Positions 1-11,932 of a stretch of 64,000 nucleotides of DNA are shown piece by piece; position 1 is the stretch's first letter, and each line of letters opens with the position of its first letter. Under the pieces are notes generated by a model, which had not been told where the DNA came from, searched no databases, and saw only the letters and a list, made by a program, of their open reading frames with translations. The stretch comes from Macrostomum lignano (lineage: Eukaryota). The stretch spans positions 1,783 through 65,782 of the forward strand of contig NIVC01004001.1 of the NCBI GenBank assembly GCA_002269645.1, given 5' to 3'. Position numbers and translations under genes: made by a program.

Positions 1-270
1 GAAGAGCCACCATGTCAAACATAGAAGAGCCACCATGTCAAACATAGAAGAGCCACCATGTCAAACATAGAAGAGCCACCATGTCAGACATTGCAAAGCC
101 ACCATGTCAAACATAGAAGAGCCACCATGTCAGACATTGCAAAGCCACCGTATCAAACATAAAAGAGTTACCATGTAGAACATAAAAGAGCCACCATGTC
201 AAATATTAAAGAGCCACCATATCAAGCATAAAAGATACACAATTTCAAATGTAAAAGTAAGCAAATTTTA
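1..270 (+). repeat. 23-bp minisatellite (gagccaccatgtcaaacataaaa)
   Basis: Direct tandem copies visible. Confidence 0.9.
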
Positions 271-589
271 AAGGAGCCACTATAATGCTAAGGAAATTGT
301 CGCAATAGCTACTTATTGTCTGGTGGATGCTTGCTATTTGGGATGCTATCTGTAAGAGTTTAATGCATGATTTGGCAATTGCACGAAGAAGTACGAAAGC
401 CACAGTGGGCGAGACGATGTTATTTATTTAATATTTAGTCGGCTACTGCATTGCGTGGGTGGTGGTCGTAAATGTACACTTTGCTTACTACGAGTACAGA
501 TAAGGGGCGAGAGTTAGAGAGAGAAAGCCGGCTGACGTACGGACCCAGAAAAATGGGGTGGGCGCTCTATAGCAAATCAATGGCTCACA

Positions 590-840
590 CTATCTATCTG
601 GGGGATGCTTGCTCTCTGGGGGATGCTTGCTATCTGGGGGATGCTTGCTATTTGGGGGTGCTTTCTATCTGGGGGATGCTTGCTATCTGGGGGATGCTTG
701 CTATCTGGGGGATGCTTGCTATCTGGGGGATGCTTGCTATCTGAGGGATGCTTGCTATCTGGGGCATGCTTGCTATCTGGGGGATGCTTGCAATCTAGGG
801 GATGCTTGCTATCTGGGGGATGCTTGCTGTCTTGGGATGA
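590..840 (+). repeat. 17-bp minisatellite (ggggatgcttgctatct)
   Basis: ~14 tandem copies; explains ORFs 472-959. Confidence 0.92.
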
Positions 841-1139
841 TTTCTTTTTGCATTGCACTTCATTCGAGTATTTTGTCTGTTTTTGTGAAGGCTTTATTTG
901 GCGATCTTTTTGTTACTTGTAAAAAGCAGAGATTCTATACAGATGCTAGTTTTTGCTAAAAATTGATGGCATACCCACAGACAGACCATTTTTAGTATAT
1001 TTAGATAGATGGACTAGCAATCTTCACCCCCCCCCTTGATGGGGGACATCTAGATAGAATCCATGTTCTTTACAAATAACAAATAGATAGCAAAATAAAG
1101 CCTTCATAAAAAACAATAGACATTCCCTTTAAAAACAAA

Positions 1140-1545
1140 ACATCCCAAGACAGCAAGTATCCTCAGACAGCATTCAAGCATCGATCCCCAAATAGCAAGC
1201 ATCCCCAGACTGCAAGCATCCCCCAGATAGCAAGCATCTCCCAGATAGCAAGCATCCCCCAAGCAACCCTATAGCAAGCAACCCTAGATAGCAAGCATCC
1301 CCCAGACCACAAGCATCCCCAGACTGCAAGCAACCCCAGATAGCAAGCATAACCTGGATACAAAGAGACCTTATAGATATCTAACAACCCCCTCTCAGAT
1401 AGCAAGTACCCTCTGCCCCCCAAGAGCAAGCATCTCCCAATAGCAAGTTACCCTAGTAGCAAGCATCCTTCCAATAGCAAGCATCCCTCAGAAAGCAAGC
1501 ACCCCTGATAGCAAGTATCCATACTTAAATAGCAAGTATCAAGCA
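1140..1545 (-). repeat. 17-bp minisatellite, inverted copy (agatagcaagcatcccc)
   Basis: Reverse complement of the 590-840 unit, more degenerate. Confidence 0.88.
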
Positions 1546-1589
1546 GCAAAACAAGTAGCTAGTGCAACAATTTCCTTAGCTTTATAGTG

Positions 1590-2330
1590 GCTCCATTTTG
1601 TTTGGCATGACACTTCTTTTTATGTTTGAAACAGTGTCTTTTATGTTTGACATGGTGGCTCTTTTGTGTCTGACATGTTGGCTCTTTAATGTTTGACATG
1701 GTGGCTCATTAATGTTTGACATGGTGGCTCTTCTATGTTTGACATAGTGGCTTTTTGTGTTTGACATAGTGGCTCTTTATTGTTTGACATGGTGGCTCTT
1801 CTATGTTTGACATGGTGGCTTTTTTGTTTGACATGATAGCTCTTTAATGTTTGACATGGTGGCTTTTTAATGTTGACATGGTGAGCCGTGGTGGCTCTTC
1901 TATGTTTGCCATGGCACCCCTTTTATGTTTGAAATGGTGTCTCTGTTATGTTTGACATGGTGGCTCTTTAATGTTTGAAATGGAGTCACGTATATGTTTG
2001 ACATAGTGGCTCCCTTATGTGTGGCATGGTGTCTCTTTTATGTTAAATGTTTGACATTGAGTCACATGTATGATTGACATGGTGGCTCTTTTATGTTTGC
2101 CATGATGGTTCTTTTATGTTTGACATGATGGCTCTTTTTTTTGTTTGACATGGTGGCTCTTTAATATTTGACATGGTGGCTCTTATATTTGGCATTGTGG
2201 CTCTTTAATGTTCGACATGGTGGCTCTTTTATGTTTGGCATAGTGGCTCTTTTATTTATGGCATGGTGGCTCTATAATATTTAAAATGGTGCCACTTTTA
2301 TGTTTGGAATTGCGCTTCTTTTATGTTTAG
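1590..2330 (-). repeat. 23-bp minisatellite, inverted copy (tgtttgacatggtggctctttta)
   Basis: ~30 degenerate copies, reverse complement of the 1-270 unit. Confidence 0.9.
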
Positions 2331-2380
2331 CATTTTGTGTTTTTAAGGTGTTTTAATAAAAAAATCATTTTGCACTACTA

Positions 2381-2436
2381 AGATTTGAACCCAGGTTGCT
2401 ACATTAGCAGTCCAGTCTGTTCACATCTAGGCTATC
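2381..2436 (-). pseudogene. Degenerate tRNA-derived sequence (Ser-GCT-like anticodon loop, B-box)
   Basis: Minus strand reads gatagcctag...ctggactgctaatgtag...gggttcaaatct. It has A-box-like and B-box-like motifs and a GGACTGCTAAT loop like tRNA-Ser(GCT), but the stems are imperfect. Confidence 0.35.
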
Positions 2437-5400
2437 TCTTTTGAATTGGAGAAAATGAACTGTTGCCCTTATACTTCAATTCTTACAGCAAGTCAATTAG
2501 AGTAAAAATTTATGACATAATCAATTTCTCAGTCAGCCTCAATTTAAGTTAGTAATATTGGTTACGCAATTTAAATCAAGTCGTGTGTGCATTTTTTGAC
2601 ACTGTTTTCAACTTGTTGTGATGCAATCTTTATCAGAATTGAAATTCAGTCAGTCAAGTTTTCCTCTCATTCTTACAATACATTTCAAGTCAAAAATTTT
2701 GCTTGAACTTTGCAAAAGTCTTGAGGTTTTTTACCTCAATAGTTTGAAGTTTTCCCCTCTGCAATTTGCAATGATCCCTTTGACAATCTGCAGTTCCCCT
2801 CAGCAGTCTGCAGTCATTCCATTTTCAGTCTACAACTGTTCTATTAACAATTTTCATTCATCCTCTCAGCAGCCTGCAGTTCTCCTCTTGGCTGGCTCCT
2901 CAGTCTCCTCTGCAAACTGCAATTTGCTCAGTATTTTATGGCTCACTAATGAATTTTCAATACATATTGGCAGTCTTGCAAAACTCAGCATTTAGCAATA
3001 CCTTCAGCAGTTTTTTTCAGAATTGTCTGCAGTTTAGCAATTTCATACTTTCATGGAGCTAGGCAATATACCCATTGATGGGATCAGTATGCTTGTAATA
3101 CATTTACTCGAAGCAGTTTTTACAAATCAAATTTTGTTTTTTACAAATGGGCAAGTCATAGGCACTCATAGGACCCTCATTGAAGTCCTTAATGATGAAA
3201 TATTTGCCTAATGACTAAATAAGTAACAATTGCTATTAAAGCATATTTAAAATAATGGCATTGCCATTTTAAAGTAATTTGTCATTTTAAACTAAAAACT
3301 TTAGTTTATAAATAATTTCAGTAGCAGATATAACTTCTTTGTAATAGAATATTTTATTTTTAACTTGGAATAAAATATGCTTATATTATAAATTCCTTTA
3401 TTCCTTTAAATTTTAAAAAAGATAAAAAGCAAAGCTTCCTCCTAAGCATTTATTTTGGCAACTAGATGTTTTGGTAAACAGATGCTTTGGTTAATAGTTT
3501 CATAAAAACTAGACATTTTGTTTCTATATAGGCCTTAGTTAAATAAAAAGATAAAAAAACATTTATTTATTTGACTTTAGTTTGTTATTGCAGATTTTGT
3601 GTAGCTAGCATGATAGCTAATGATAAATACATATAATTTGTAACCAAAAAGGAACCTTTAATAACCTAATCACTATTCACCCAAATGCCTAAGCACAGAC
3701 AATGAATGTTATAGAACTGTTCTTTTTAGGCTTAAACTACACTAAAATGTAGTATTTTTGCTTTATTGATTTTTTACTAAAGCTTATGATTGTTATTCAT
3801 ATCTGATAGATTGATTATGAGTATTATTCATTTATACAAAACATAAACAAACTACATTTAAATAATTTCAAGGTGTATAAAACTCAACCAAGGACAAAAA
3901 GAACATTAAATAAATTTTGAATATAGATATTTTTGTAAAAAACCTTTGTTTTATTTACAGAAAAGTATTATAGTATATTATGTAAATTATGTATATTATA
4001 TTTGTATTACATACTGTTTGCAGTTACACTACCTTCTGAATATGGATTTTAATATAGATTTTATTGTAGTCTAGCAGTGTTGAATACTACACTATGCTTG
4101 TTTTTAGTTAATGTTTGAAATGCTTATAGATTATCTTTACTTTTAATGCTGGACCTGCTGTGCCTACTATTAGTAGTCACTAACTATTCAGTTTAGGCAT
4201 GGGAAAATTCGTGTCATAACTTAATTGTAATTTTCCTTCTTGTCGCAGGGAATCCAGGGAAACCAAACCAAGGTAGAATTCAAGCGTAGTCGCATCAGCA
4301 TGTCGAGAGTCTGATCTGAAGTCGATTGTACTTGGGAAACTTCAGGAAACTTTAGGGAAAATTGTGCAAACTGTGAAAATTGGTTTAGATCGGCAAACAA
4401 TGATTTGCAAAAAAAGAATGCGATTTAGACAGTCAGGATGGTACAGCACAAAAAACCCAGGTTAAAAAGTACATTGAATTCAAAGGCCAATTGCCCAATT
4501 CATTTTGTGCTTTCATAATTTTCGATCAAAATGTCGAGTCAGCCAGCAGTTGTATGGGTTTCGACTGTTTCTGCACTTGAAATTTTAGAAGTTTTTGTTT
4601 GAAGGCGAGGCGACTACAGTCTCTTTCATCTCCTTCCCAACGACTGACTTTGCTACTCGCCCCGCCCCCTGCTCTTCTCCACTTACTCATTTAGTCTTGC
4701 CTTTACTTCACTCGCGTGCCTTGTGGCTTCTTCGTGTTAATGGGGACGGAGGGCTCATGCGTGTACAGCTGCGTGTGTGCAGGCTACAGACACCCTTGCC
4801 CCCCTCTCTCTCTCTCTGTCCCTCTCTCTGCTCGTTCGGGCCGTCTGCGACCGTCCCTGTCTTTTTGTGTTCTTTTTTATCTTTTATTTGGCAGCAGTGT
4901 CCTTGGCTTGTACTCTGTACTGTTAATAACTAAGCCGACAAGCCGTCTCGAACCCAAGCTTTGCCAATCTGTTTCTACTTAACCAAAGATAAGCAGTTTA
5001 CTGTCGGTTAGCTGTTTTGTCTGTTTACTCCGTTTGTAATTAGAAGTTCGATTTTTTATTCAAACTAATTCTTTAGAAATATTCTTATCTGATCTATTGC
5101 TGAAACTTCGAGACCAATAGAACTTGTCAGACTTCGTAGTTTTTGTTTTTGTCGATAACTAAAGTCGGTCGCTTTCTGCGAAGCTATTTTTTGTTGATTA
5201 AAAAGAGGCAGTAGAACTTTTCTGTCTCTCGTCTCTTTTGATGCTGCTGTGCACGCCATCAGCTATATAATTTTACTATTTGCATCACCTGGCCTATTTA
5301 ACCCAGGTAAACAAAACTGAGACGTCAGGGAGGGGGATTGAGCTCGCGGAACCGGACTGGCTCGCCAGATCTAGGACTTTTAGTCGGAGCATCCGCTGAT

Positions 5401-5779
5401 CAAGTGCTCCTCCTGTGCATGACCGCTCTGGACTTGTGTCTTTCAGCTTGCGTGCTGTTTTCCATTTCTTTCCTTCCTATTTCTCTCTCCCCCTCTCTGC
5501 CCCAAAACCCTGGCGGGCGCGGGTTGTCTGGGCGCCGACTAGGGGGAAGGCCGGCACTGGCCGCCACCCGCTCCCTCTTCCAGGGCATCACGTGACTGCA
5601 TGCCTGTGTACGGGCGGCTCCCTTATTTTTGAGCCGGGGTCGCCTCTCCGCTGTGACTAGAAAAGACGGACAGACAGACAGATAGACTAGCTAATCATAG
5701 TTTTAATCTTCACAGACTGGTAGTTCATTTAAGGCGCGGATAATCTAGAAATGCATTGATAGGTTTGCTATTCTCGAAC

Positions 5780-7459
5780 ATGCCAGTGGCTCAAAAGTCT
5801 TACAACAACTATTTACATTCCCAGCTGGACGGTGAAGCAAACCAGCAGCATCGGTTGAACTATTTTACTGACGGATCTTCAATGCAGGAGCAGAAATACG
5901 AGCCGCCCTCGCCGCTGTCTCTGCCGCAGCACAGCTTCATGCTGCAGCAGCAGCTTCCGCATAGCAACACACCTGGCGGCCTGATGTCTCCGCCAGGCGC
6001 CGCGCCGCAGGTCAAGCGCAGCTTCACCAAATCCGGCGTTGTGCACCGCAAGAAGTGCCGGCACCCCAAAACTCCGGCTGATTTGCTGCATAGGTTCTGC
6101 CTGGTGTGCGGGGCCAAGGCTGAGAATTATAACTTCGGCGTCATCAGCTGCGAGTCCTGCAAGGCGTTTTTCCGGCGCAACGCGCACAAGAAGACTCTGG
6201 GCGATGCCGGGTTCAGCTGCAGCTTCCAGCACGCCCGCTGCGAAGTCACCCTGGCGACGCGGAAGAAGTGCCCGGGCTGCCGGCTGGCCAAGTGCTTCCG
6301 CGTCGGCATGCAGGCCGACCTTATCCAGAAAGGTGAAGTGCTCACGGTTGGCGATGGAGTTCCCAGCGTCTCTGAGTCTGCGATGCCGTCGGTGCAGATG
6401 CGGCAATCGACCTCCAACGAGTATTATCAGTACCAGCCTGCTATGCCGCCGCTGACCCCACCGCCTGTGCCGCCGCCGCAGCAGCAGCAGTTATTGTCGG
6501 TGCCGACCCCATCGACTTCGTCCAGCTGCCTAGCCCAGTCGCCGCCAAACAACGCCAGATGCTGGCAGGCGCTGTGGTACCACCTGCACAATCCCGTGCC
6601 GTCGGAACCGTCGCCCATCACCGACCTGGAATACAACGAAGCCATCGACGCCTCTGACAAGAAGTACGCCAATGTACTTTTGGTTGATTTTATTGACGAA
6701 CTGCAGCAGCTGGTGGCCGAGACCATGCTGTGCAACATTGCCACCCCGCCCAGTGTGCAACTTGATCCGCAGCAGCTCTCCAGCTGCGTGTCCACCAACA
6801 TCATTCTGTTGGAGGTCTTTGTTCGCCAGGCGGTGCTCTTTGTTCGCAAGATGCGCCAGATCAACCTGTTGGAGCGGCAGCACTTTCTGCAGCTTATCAA
6901 GTCCAGAATTCACTCGGTTATTTTCCCGCTGTCCTGCGCCGGCCTAAACCAGGCCGACGATCGCTACTATTTCACCATCAACGGCCAGCGGGTCTGCTGC
7001 CAGCCCATCGAGATGTTCAGCGACCTCGTCCGCCAGTCTGGCAATCGCCTGATCGACTATTCTCCTCTTAGCGAGTTCCGCACCTACGCTCGCTACCTTG
7101 GCGAGGCCACGGAGATGCGGCACGACCTGCTGGCGCTGTTCTGCGCCACCAAACTGCTGCACCTGCCGCCGGACTCCGGCATCACGGATCCCCGCCTGGT
7201 GGACGCCTGCAAGCGGCTGAGCCTGCGCTACCACCAGCACATGACGGACACTCTGTTCTACCACTTCCCCTTCGACTACGAGGAGAAGCTGCAGCTCACC
7301 TGCCGCCTGTTCAAATGGTCGGAGACTTTCGATTCCACTCTGGACAAGTTCATCCTGTACTGCCCGCTGCAGACTAGCGAGGACAACAACTGCATGGCTC
7401 TGCGCGAGCTGCGAGCCCGAGATCGGCAGTCTGCTGCTGAGAACGGCACTTCCGGCTAG
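5780..7459 (+). CDS. HR96: Nuclear hormone receptor, NR1J (HR96/DAF-12-like); single long ORF of ~559 aa from ATG 5780
   Basis: C4 zinc-finger DBD CLVCGAKAENYNFGVISCESCKAFFRRNA...CPGCRLAKCFRVGM. The P-box CESCKA plus YNF motif is typical of NR1J. A divergent LBD follows (FVRKMRQINLLERQHFLQLIK aligns to the helix 3-5 signature). Stop TAG at 7459. Upstream exons are possible. Confidence 0.85.
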   Translation: MPVAQKSYNNYLHSQLDGEANQQHRLNYFTDGSSMQEQKYEPPSPLSLPQHSFMLQQQLPHSNTPGGLMSPPGAAPQVKRSFTKSGVVHRKKCRHPKTPADLLHRFCLVCGAKAENYNFGVISCESCKAFFRRNAHKKTLGDAGFSCSFQHARCEVTLATRKKCPGCRLAKCFRVGMQADLIQKGEVLTVGDGVPSVSESAMPSVQMRQSTSNEYYQYQPAMPPLTPPPVPPPQQQQLLSVPTPSTSSSCLAQSPPNNARCWQALWYHLHNPVPSEPSPITDLEYNEAIDASDKKYANVLLVDFIDELQQLVAETMLCNIATPPSVQLDPQQLSSCVSTNIILLEVFVRQAVLFVRKMRQINLLERQHFLQLIKSRIHSVIFPLSCAGLNQADDRYYFTINGQRVCCQPIEMFSDLVRQSGNRLIDYSPLSEFRTYARYLGEATEMRHDLLALFCATKLLHLPPDSGITDPRLVDACKRLSLRYHQHMTDTLFYHFPFDYEEKLQLTCRLFKWSETFDSTLDKFILYCPLQTSEDNNCMALRELRARDRQSAAENGTSG

Positions 7460-8029
7460 CAACCGAAGGCTGCTGGCTGCTGCCTGGCCATGACCAGCTG
7501 AGCCCCTGTCAGGCTTACTATTATTACTATTATTGATGTCGATAGTTTATCCCATTTATCGTTTGCTCTGCCCGCACCCCAGCGGATACGCACTACATGT
7601 GGAGCTGCTGTTGACATGCAAATGCGGCTAATGTGTTGTCATCAATAGGCAGTTTTGGCTTTTCTGCATCGAGTGTAATTATTATTATTATTTTAATTAA
7701 TATTGTTAAGCTTGGTTGTTTTCATCTCTAGGTGGCATCTATAGTATCTCGGGCCTGTTATTAATTTTTTTGTTTTGTCCTCAATGCTGTCTGAATTGAC
7801 TGTCCCTTTTATTAATTCATTTGTTAATTCACTTTTTTAGATATCGTGTTTTTTGAGCAGTCTACGTGTAAAGTTAGACGGCTAACTTATAGTATCTACT
7901 AAAGGTGTGTTGTGCTTGGCATCATTTTGTTTATTTTTGTTCATTGGTCGGACCATCTGTTTCTATGGCACCGGGGGTCGGGCAAACTTTTTACCTTGAG
8001 GGTCTGATAGAGAACGTAGAGTATGGCTG

Positions 8030-8262
8030 CGGGCCGGAGGAGGGGAGAGAGGAGAGGGAATGAAGAAGAGAGAAGGAAGATAAGAGAGAGGAGAGGCGAG
8101 AGAAGAGACGAGAGAGGAGATGAGGATAGAGGAGAGGAGATGGGGAGAGAAGACGAGAGGAGAGAGAAAATGATCGAGAAGAGAAGAAAGGAGAGAGGAG
8201 ATGGAATGAAGAAGCGAGAAGATAAGAGAGAGGAGAGGAGAGAAGAAAAGGGAGAAAGACAG
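8030..8262 (+). repeat. Purine-rich (GA) low-complexity tract
   Basis: Almost only A/G; explains ORFs 7941-8334. Confidence 0.9.
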
Positions 8263-8661
8263 TAGCCCGTATGTGGACCGCGGGCCGGAGTTTTCCAACC
8301 CATGTTCTCTAACATTTGTTTCCTTTAAGTCCAATCATTTTAAGCTTCGTCATTGATCCATTATTTGTAAAAAAAAATTGTATTTGAATATCGCCAAAAC
8401 TGCAAAACTTTAACAAAAAATTCTTGCCATATAAACAAAGAGAACAATGCGGCGCTATTGTTGCTATGCACAAATGCCACTCTTGGGCTGCCTCGGTAAA
8501 ACTCAAAGCATTGGCCGTCGATTTTTTTTTTAACAGATGCTGCCCACCCACTGTTAATCTGTGAGCTGTGACCCTAATGCACCGATTTCATGATGGACTG
8601 TCCTAACTTAAGCAGCAGCTACGAACCGTTCATAAAACCAAGAAAGAGCAGCCTGCTAACC

Positions 8662-8927
8662 CCCACCCCTTTGGCCATAGACATCGGTTCGGTACACTCT
8701 CTTAGTAGACTGATATTCCCCCCGCCTTTGGCCATAGACATCGGTTCGGTACACTCTCTTAGTAGACTGATATTCCCCCCGCCTTTGGCCATAGACATCG
8801 GTTCGGTACACTCTCTCAGTAGACTGATATTCCCCCCGCCTTTGGCCATAGACATCGGTTCGGTACACTCTCTCAGTAGACTGATATTCCCCCCGCCTTT
8901 GGCCATAGACATCGGTTCGGTACACTA
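8662..8927 (+). repeat. 57-bp tandem repeat, ~4.6 copies
   Basis: cctttggccatagacatcggttcggtacactctc(t/c)agtagactgatattccccccg, period 57. Confidence 0.93.
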
Positions 8928-9409
8928 GGACGACACTTCGTTTCTTGGAAAATTTATTGAAGGCTGATTTTCACGGAAAAAATGCACTAGAGAGATAGGA
9001 ACTTTTCACTTTTTTTCACTTTAAAATGGTGATAGTTTTTTATTGGAAGCAGAGAAAGAGAAATACAAAGCTCTTCTTTTGATGTAACTTACAAAACATG
9101 TTGCTTCGACGGATTTAATAAAGATTTTTTCATGAATAATTGATTTTGATTAGCAATATATCATTAAAAAACAGTTGGCTATAATTATATGCCCAATTCA
9201 CTGCTTATTCATTTTTTACAAAATTCGTTGAAGCAACATGTTTTGTAAGTTGTATCAAAAGAAGAGCTTTGTATCTGCTTCCAATAAAAGGCTATCACCA
9301 TTTTAAAGTGAAAAAATGAAAAGTTCCTATCTCGCTAGTGAATTTTTCCGTGAAAATCAGCCTTTAATAAATTGTCCAAGAAACGAAGTGTCCCGTCCTT
9401 CTTCTAGTG
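8923..9409. mobile_element. MITE with ~190-bp terminal inverted repeats (TIRs), possible CACTA...TAGTG termini
   Basis: 8927-9117 is the reverse complement of ~9213-9399 (gacacttcgtttcttgg... / ...ccaagaaacgaagtgtc). CACTA at 8923 and TAGTG at 9405-9409. No coding capacity; TSD unclear. Confidence 0.8.
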
Positions 9410-9989
9410 GTCCTTGCTTTCAAACCGCAGTCTGATAAAGCACTTTTTGGCAGCTATAGCCTTAGCCTGTTCGCAGTCGTTCATGAGATCGGTCCCTGGG
9501 GTGCAGCTCGCTGTTGTGGTCAGTTTGTTCTCATGTCATGTGTTATAATCGTTAATCTACTGCTTGCCGTATATATACATACATAATGATTAATTATCAA
9601 TATCATTTCATTTTTCTCACCACAGTTCGAAACAGAACAGATGTGCGCAAGATTTATGTAGTTATATCGCGTTTAACTGTGTCCTCAAATAATACCAGCT
9701 TCTTGTGTACTGTCTGCTCCAAGTCTTAAACTTGTCGATTTTTTCCTCCGCTTATCTCAATAAACTACTCTGCGCCCTATTAAATTTAGTACGAACCGCC
9801 TGCGCCAAGGTGTTTTAAAAGAACTAGGATTTTTATTCTATATTAATTAGACCCAACTTTCAAGAGCAAGATAGCAGCGCTTGACTATTCTCTCTGCAGT
9901 TTCATTAACCTGGAGATGCCTTTGTCTTGCTCATTTCCTATTAACTATTTCTTAGGGAGTGCGATGTTGAAATGGAATCCCTTTTTTAG

Positions 9990-10375
9990 GAAGGTGAGAT
10001 TTCCAGTTGAGATTTCCAATCCGATAGCTTTTCCAGGTGAGATTTCTAATCCGATAGCTTTTCCAGGTGAGATTTCTAATCCGATAGCTTTTCCAGGTGA
10101 GATGTCTAATCTGATTGCTTTTTCAGGTGAGATTTCCAATCCGATAGCTTTTCCAGGTGAGATTTCTAATACGATAGCTTTTCCAGGTGAGATTTCCAAT
10201 TAAATAGCTTTTCCAGGGGAGATTTCCAATCTGATAGCTTTTCCAGGTGAGATTTCCAATCTGATTACTTTTCTAGGTGAGATTTCCAATCCAGTTGCTT
10301 TTCCAGGTGGGATTTCCAATCCAGTTGCTTTTCCAGGTGGGGTTTCCAATCTAATCGCTTTCCTGGATGGAGCTA
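9990..10375 (+). repeat. 30-bp minisatellite (ttttccaggtgagatttctaatccgatagc)
   Basis: ~12 copies. Confidence 0.92.
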
Positions 10376-11049
10376 AACTCACTGATAGTCTATGTATGAC
10401 TTTTCAATATCAGCCTCGCTGATTGAGATAAAGCCATTAGCTCTTCAGACCTCCAGTTGATTGATACCACTAAGCATCCCAATCCCTGTTAAAACAGGCC
10501 AACACAGGTTGAATAATCCTAATCCCTCAGATCTGCAGCAATCCGTGGACTTCCTTTTAGACTTCTACTAGAGCTCGCAGTTGATAAATTTCACTCTCTG
10601 AATAGATGTAGTGATGAAGCTGCCTCAGTCCTGCTGCTGGGCCCTGTATTTTATTCATGACCGCTCCATGCTCAGTCTGTCTGACCGAGGGGTTCCGGAG
10701 ATTCTAAACCGTGGCTTCAATCCCGCGTCAATAAGTCAGCTGGAAATGGAAATTGAAAAAGCTTTTTCTAAAAAATTCACTTCATAATTCATGCATTGCA
10801 AAAAGCTAGAAAATCCCTAGTGGCTTGCAAAAAGTGTTAATTTTTGCTTGCGATTTTAAAGCATGTATGTTGTTATTGTCGGAGTTGTTCATCATTGTTT
10901 CTGTACAACAATGGAAAAAAGCTAATTTCCTCTGACAATGCCTTTGTGTTTTGTCAATTTCCTGACTCTGATCACTGAACCACACAAATCACCTGGCTAG
11001 AAGTTGTTTTAGCCCAAAGCTATATGGTTGCACCCCAGATCTTCAACTG

Positions 11050-11560
11050 ACAGCTGCAGCCCTCCCAGATCCCCAGTTGCTAATAGCTGCAGCCCTCCCA
11101 GATCCCCAGTTGCTAATAGCTGCAGCCCTCCCAGATCCCCAGTTGCTAATAGCCGCAGCCCTCCCAGATCCCCAGTTGCTGAGAGCTGCAGCCCTCCCAG
11201 ATCCCCAGTTGCTGAGAGCTGCAGCCCTCCCAGATCCCCAGTTGCTGAGAGCTGCAGCCCTCCCAGATCCCCAGTTGCTCATAGCTGCAGCCCTCCCAGA
11301 TCCCCAGTTGCTGAGAGCTGCAGCCCTCCCAGATCCCCAGTTGCTGAGAGCTGCAGCCCTCCCAGATCCCCAGTTGCTAAAAGCTGCAGCCCTCCCAGAT
11401 CCCCAGTTGCTAATAGCTGCAGCCCTCCCAGATCCCCAGTTGCTAATAGCTGCAGCCCTCCCAGATCCCCAGTTGCTGAGAGCTGCAGCCCTCCCAGATC
11501 CCCAGTTGCTGAGAGCTGCAGCCCTCCCAGATCCCCAGTTGCTGAGAGCTGCAGCCCTCA
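11050..11560 (+). repeat. 33-bp minisatellite (agctgcagccctcccagatccccagttgctaat/gag)
   Basis: ~15 near-identical copies; ORFs 11028-11600 are array read-through. Confidence 0.95.
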
Positions 11561-11932
11561 GGGGATATCTCAGTTGCTGAGCCGCTTAGCCACCCTCTGA
11601 TGTTCGCGGTGTCGAAGTGCACTAAGAGTTGTGTGCTGCATATCAACTGAAATTCCTATCCAGTCTCCTTTTGCTGGCCTAGCGATTCCCAAGCGACCTT
11701 TTTGTCTATAATTTCTCCCATAAGCTTTCGCCCATAGGCACAAGTTCGGGTTCGGTTTTCGTGTACTTTTATAGCGAACGATGCCCAGACTGGCTTAGTG
11801 TGAAAATTGTTTAGGAAATCCCCTCGCCAACTTTACAGCCGGTTGTTTACAGGCGGTGGCACCCGGCTGAATAGTCGTTTAGGGACTCGTGCTAGCTGCC
11901 CTTTGCTAATGCAAAAGTTTAGAGAAAAAACT

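Larger units (their letters stand above)
1..2335. mobile_element. Large imperfect palindrome / foldback-like element with minisatellite arms (left arm cut by window edge)
   Basis: The 23-bp array at 1-270 is the reverse complement of 1590-2330. Unique junction 271-312 is the reverse complement of ~1553-1594. The 17-bp array at 590-840 is the reverse complement of 1140-1545. Unique 870-940 is the reverse complement of ~1055-1125. Central spacer is ~100 bp at ~945-1050. Confidence 0.7.

Noticed and set aside
4546-4945. Possible solo LTR upstream of the nuclear receptor
   Set aside because: TG...CA ends can be drawn, but there is no TSD, PBS/PPT or second copy.
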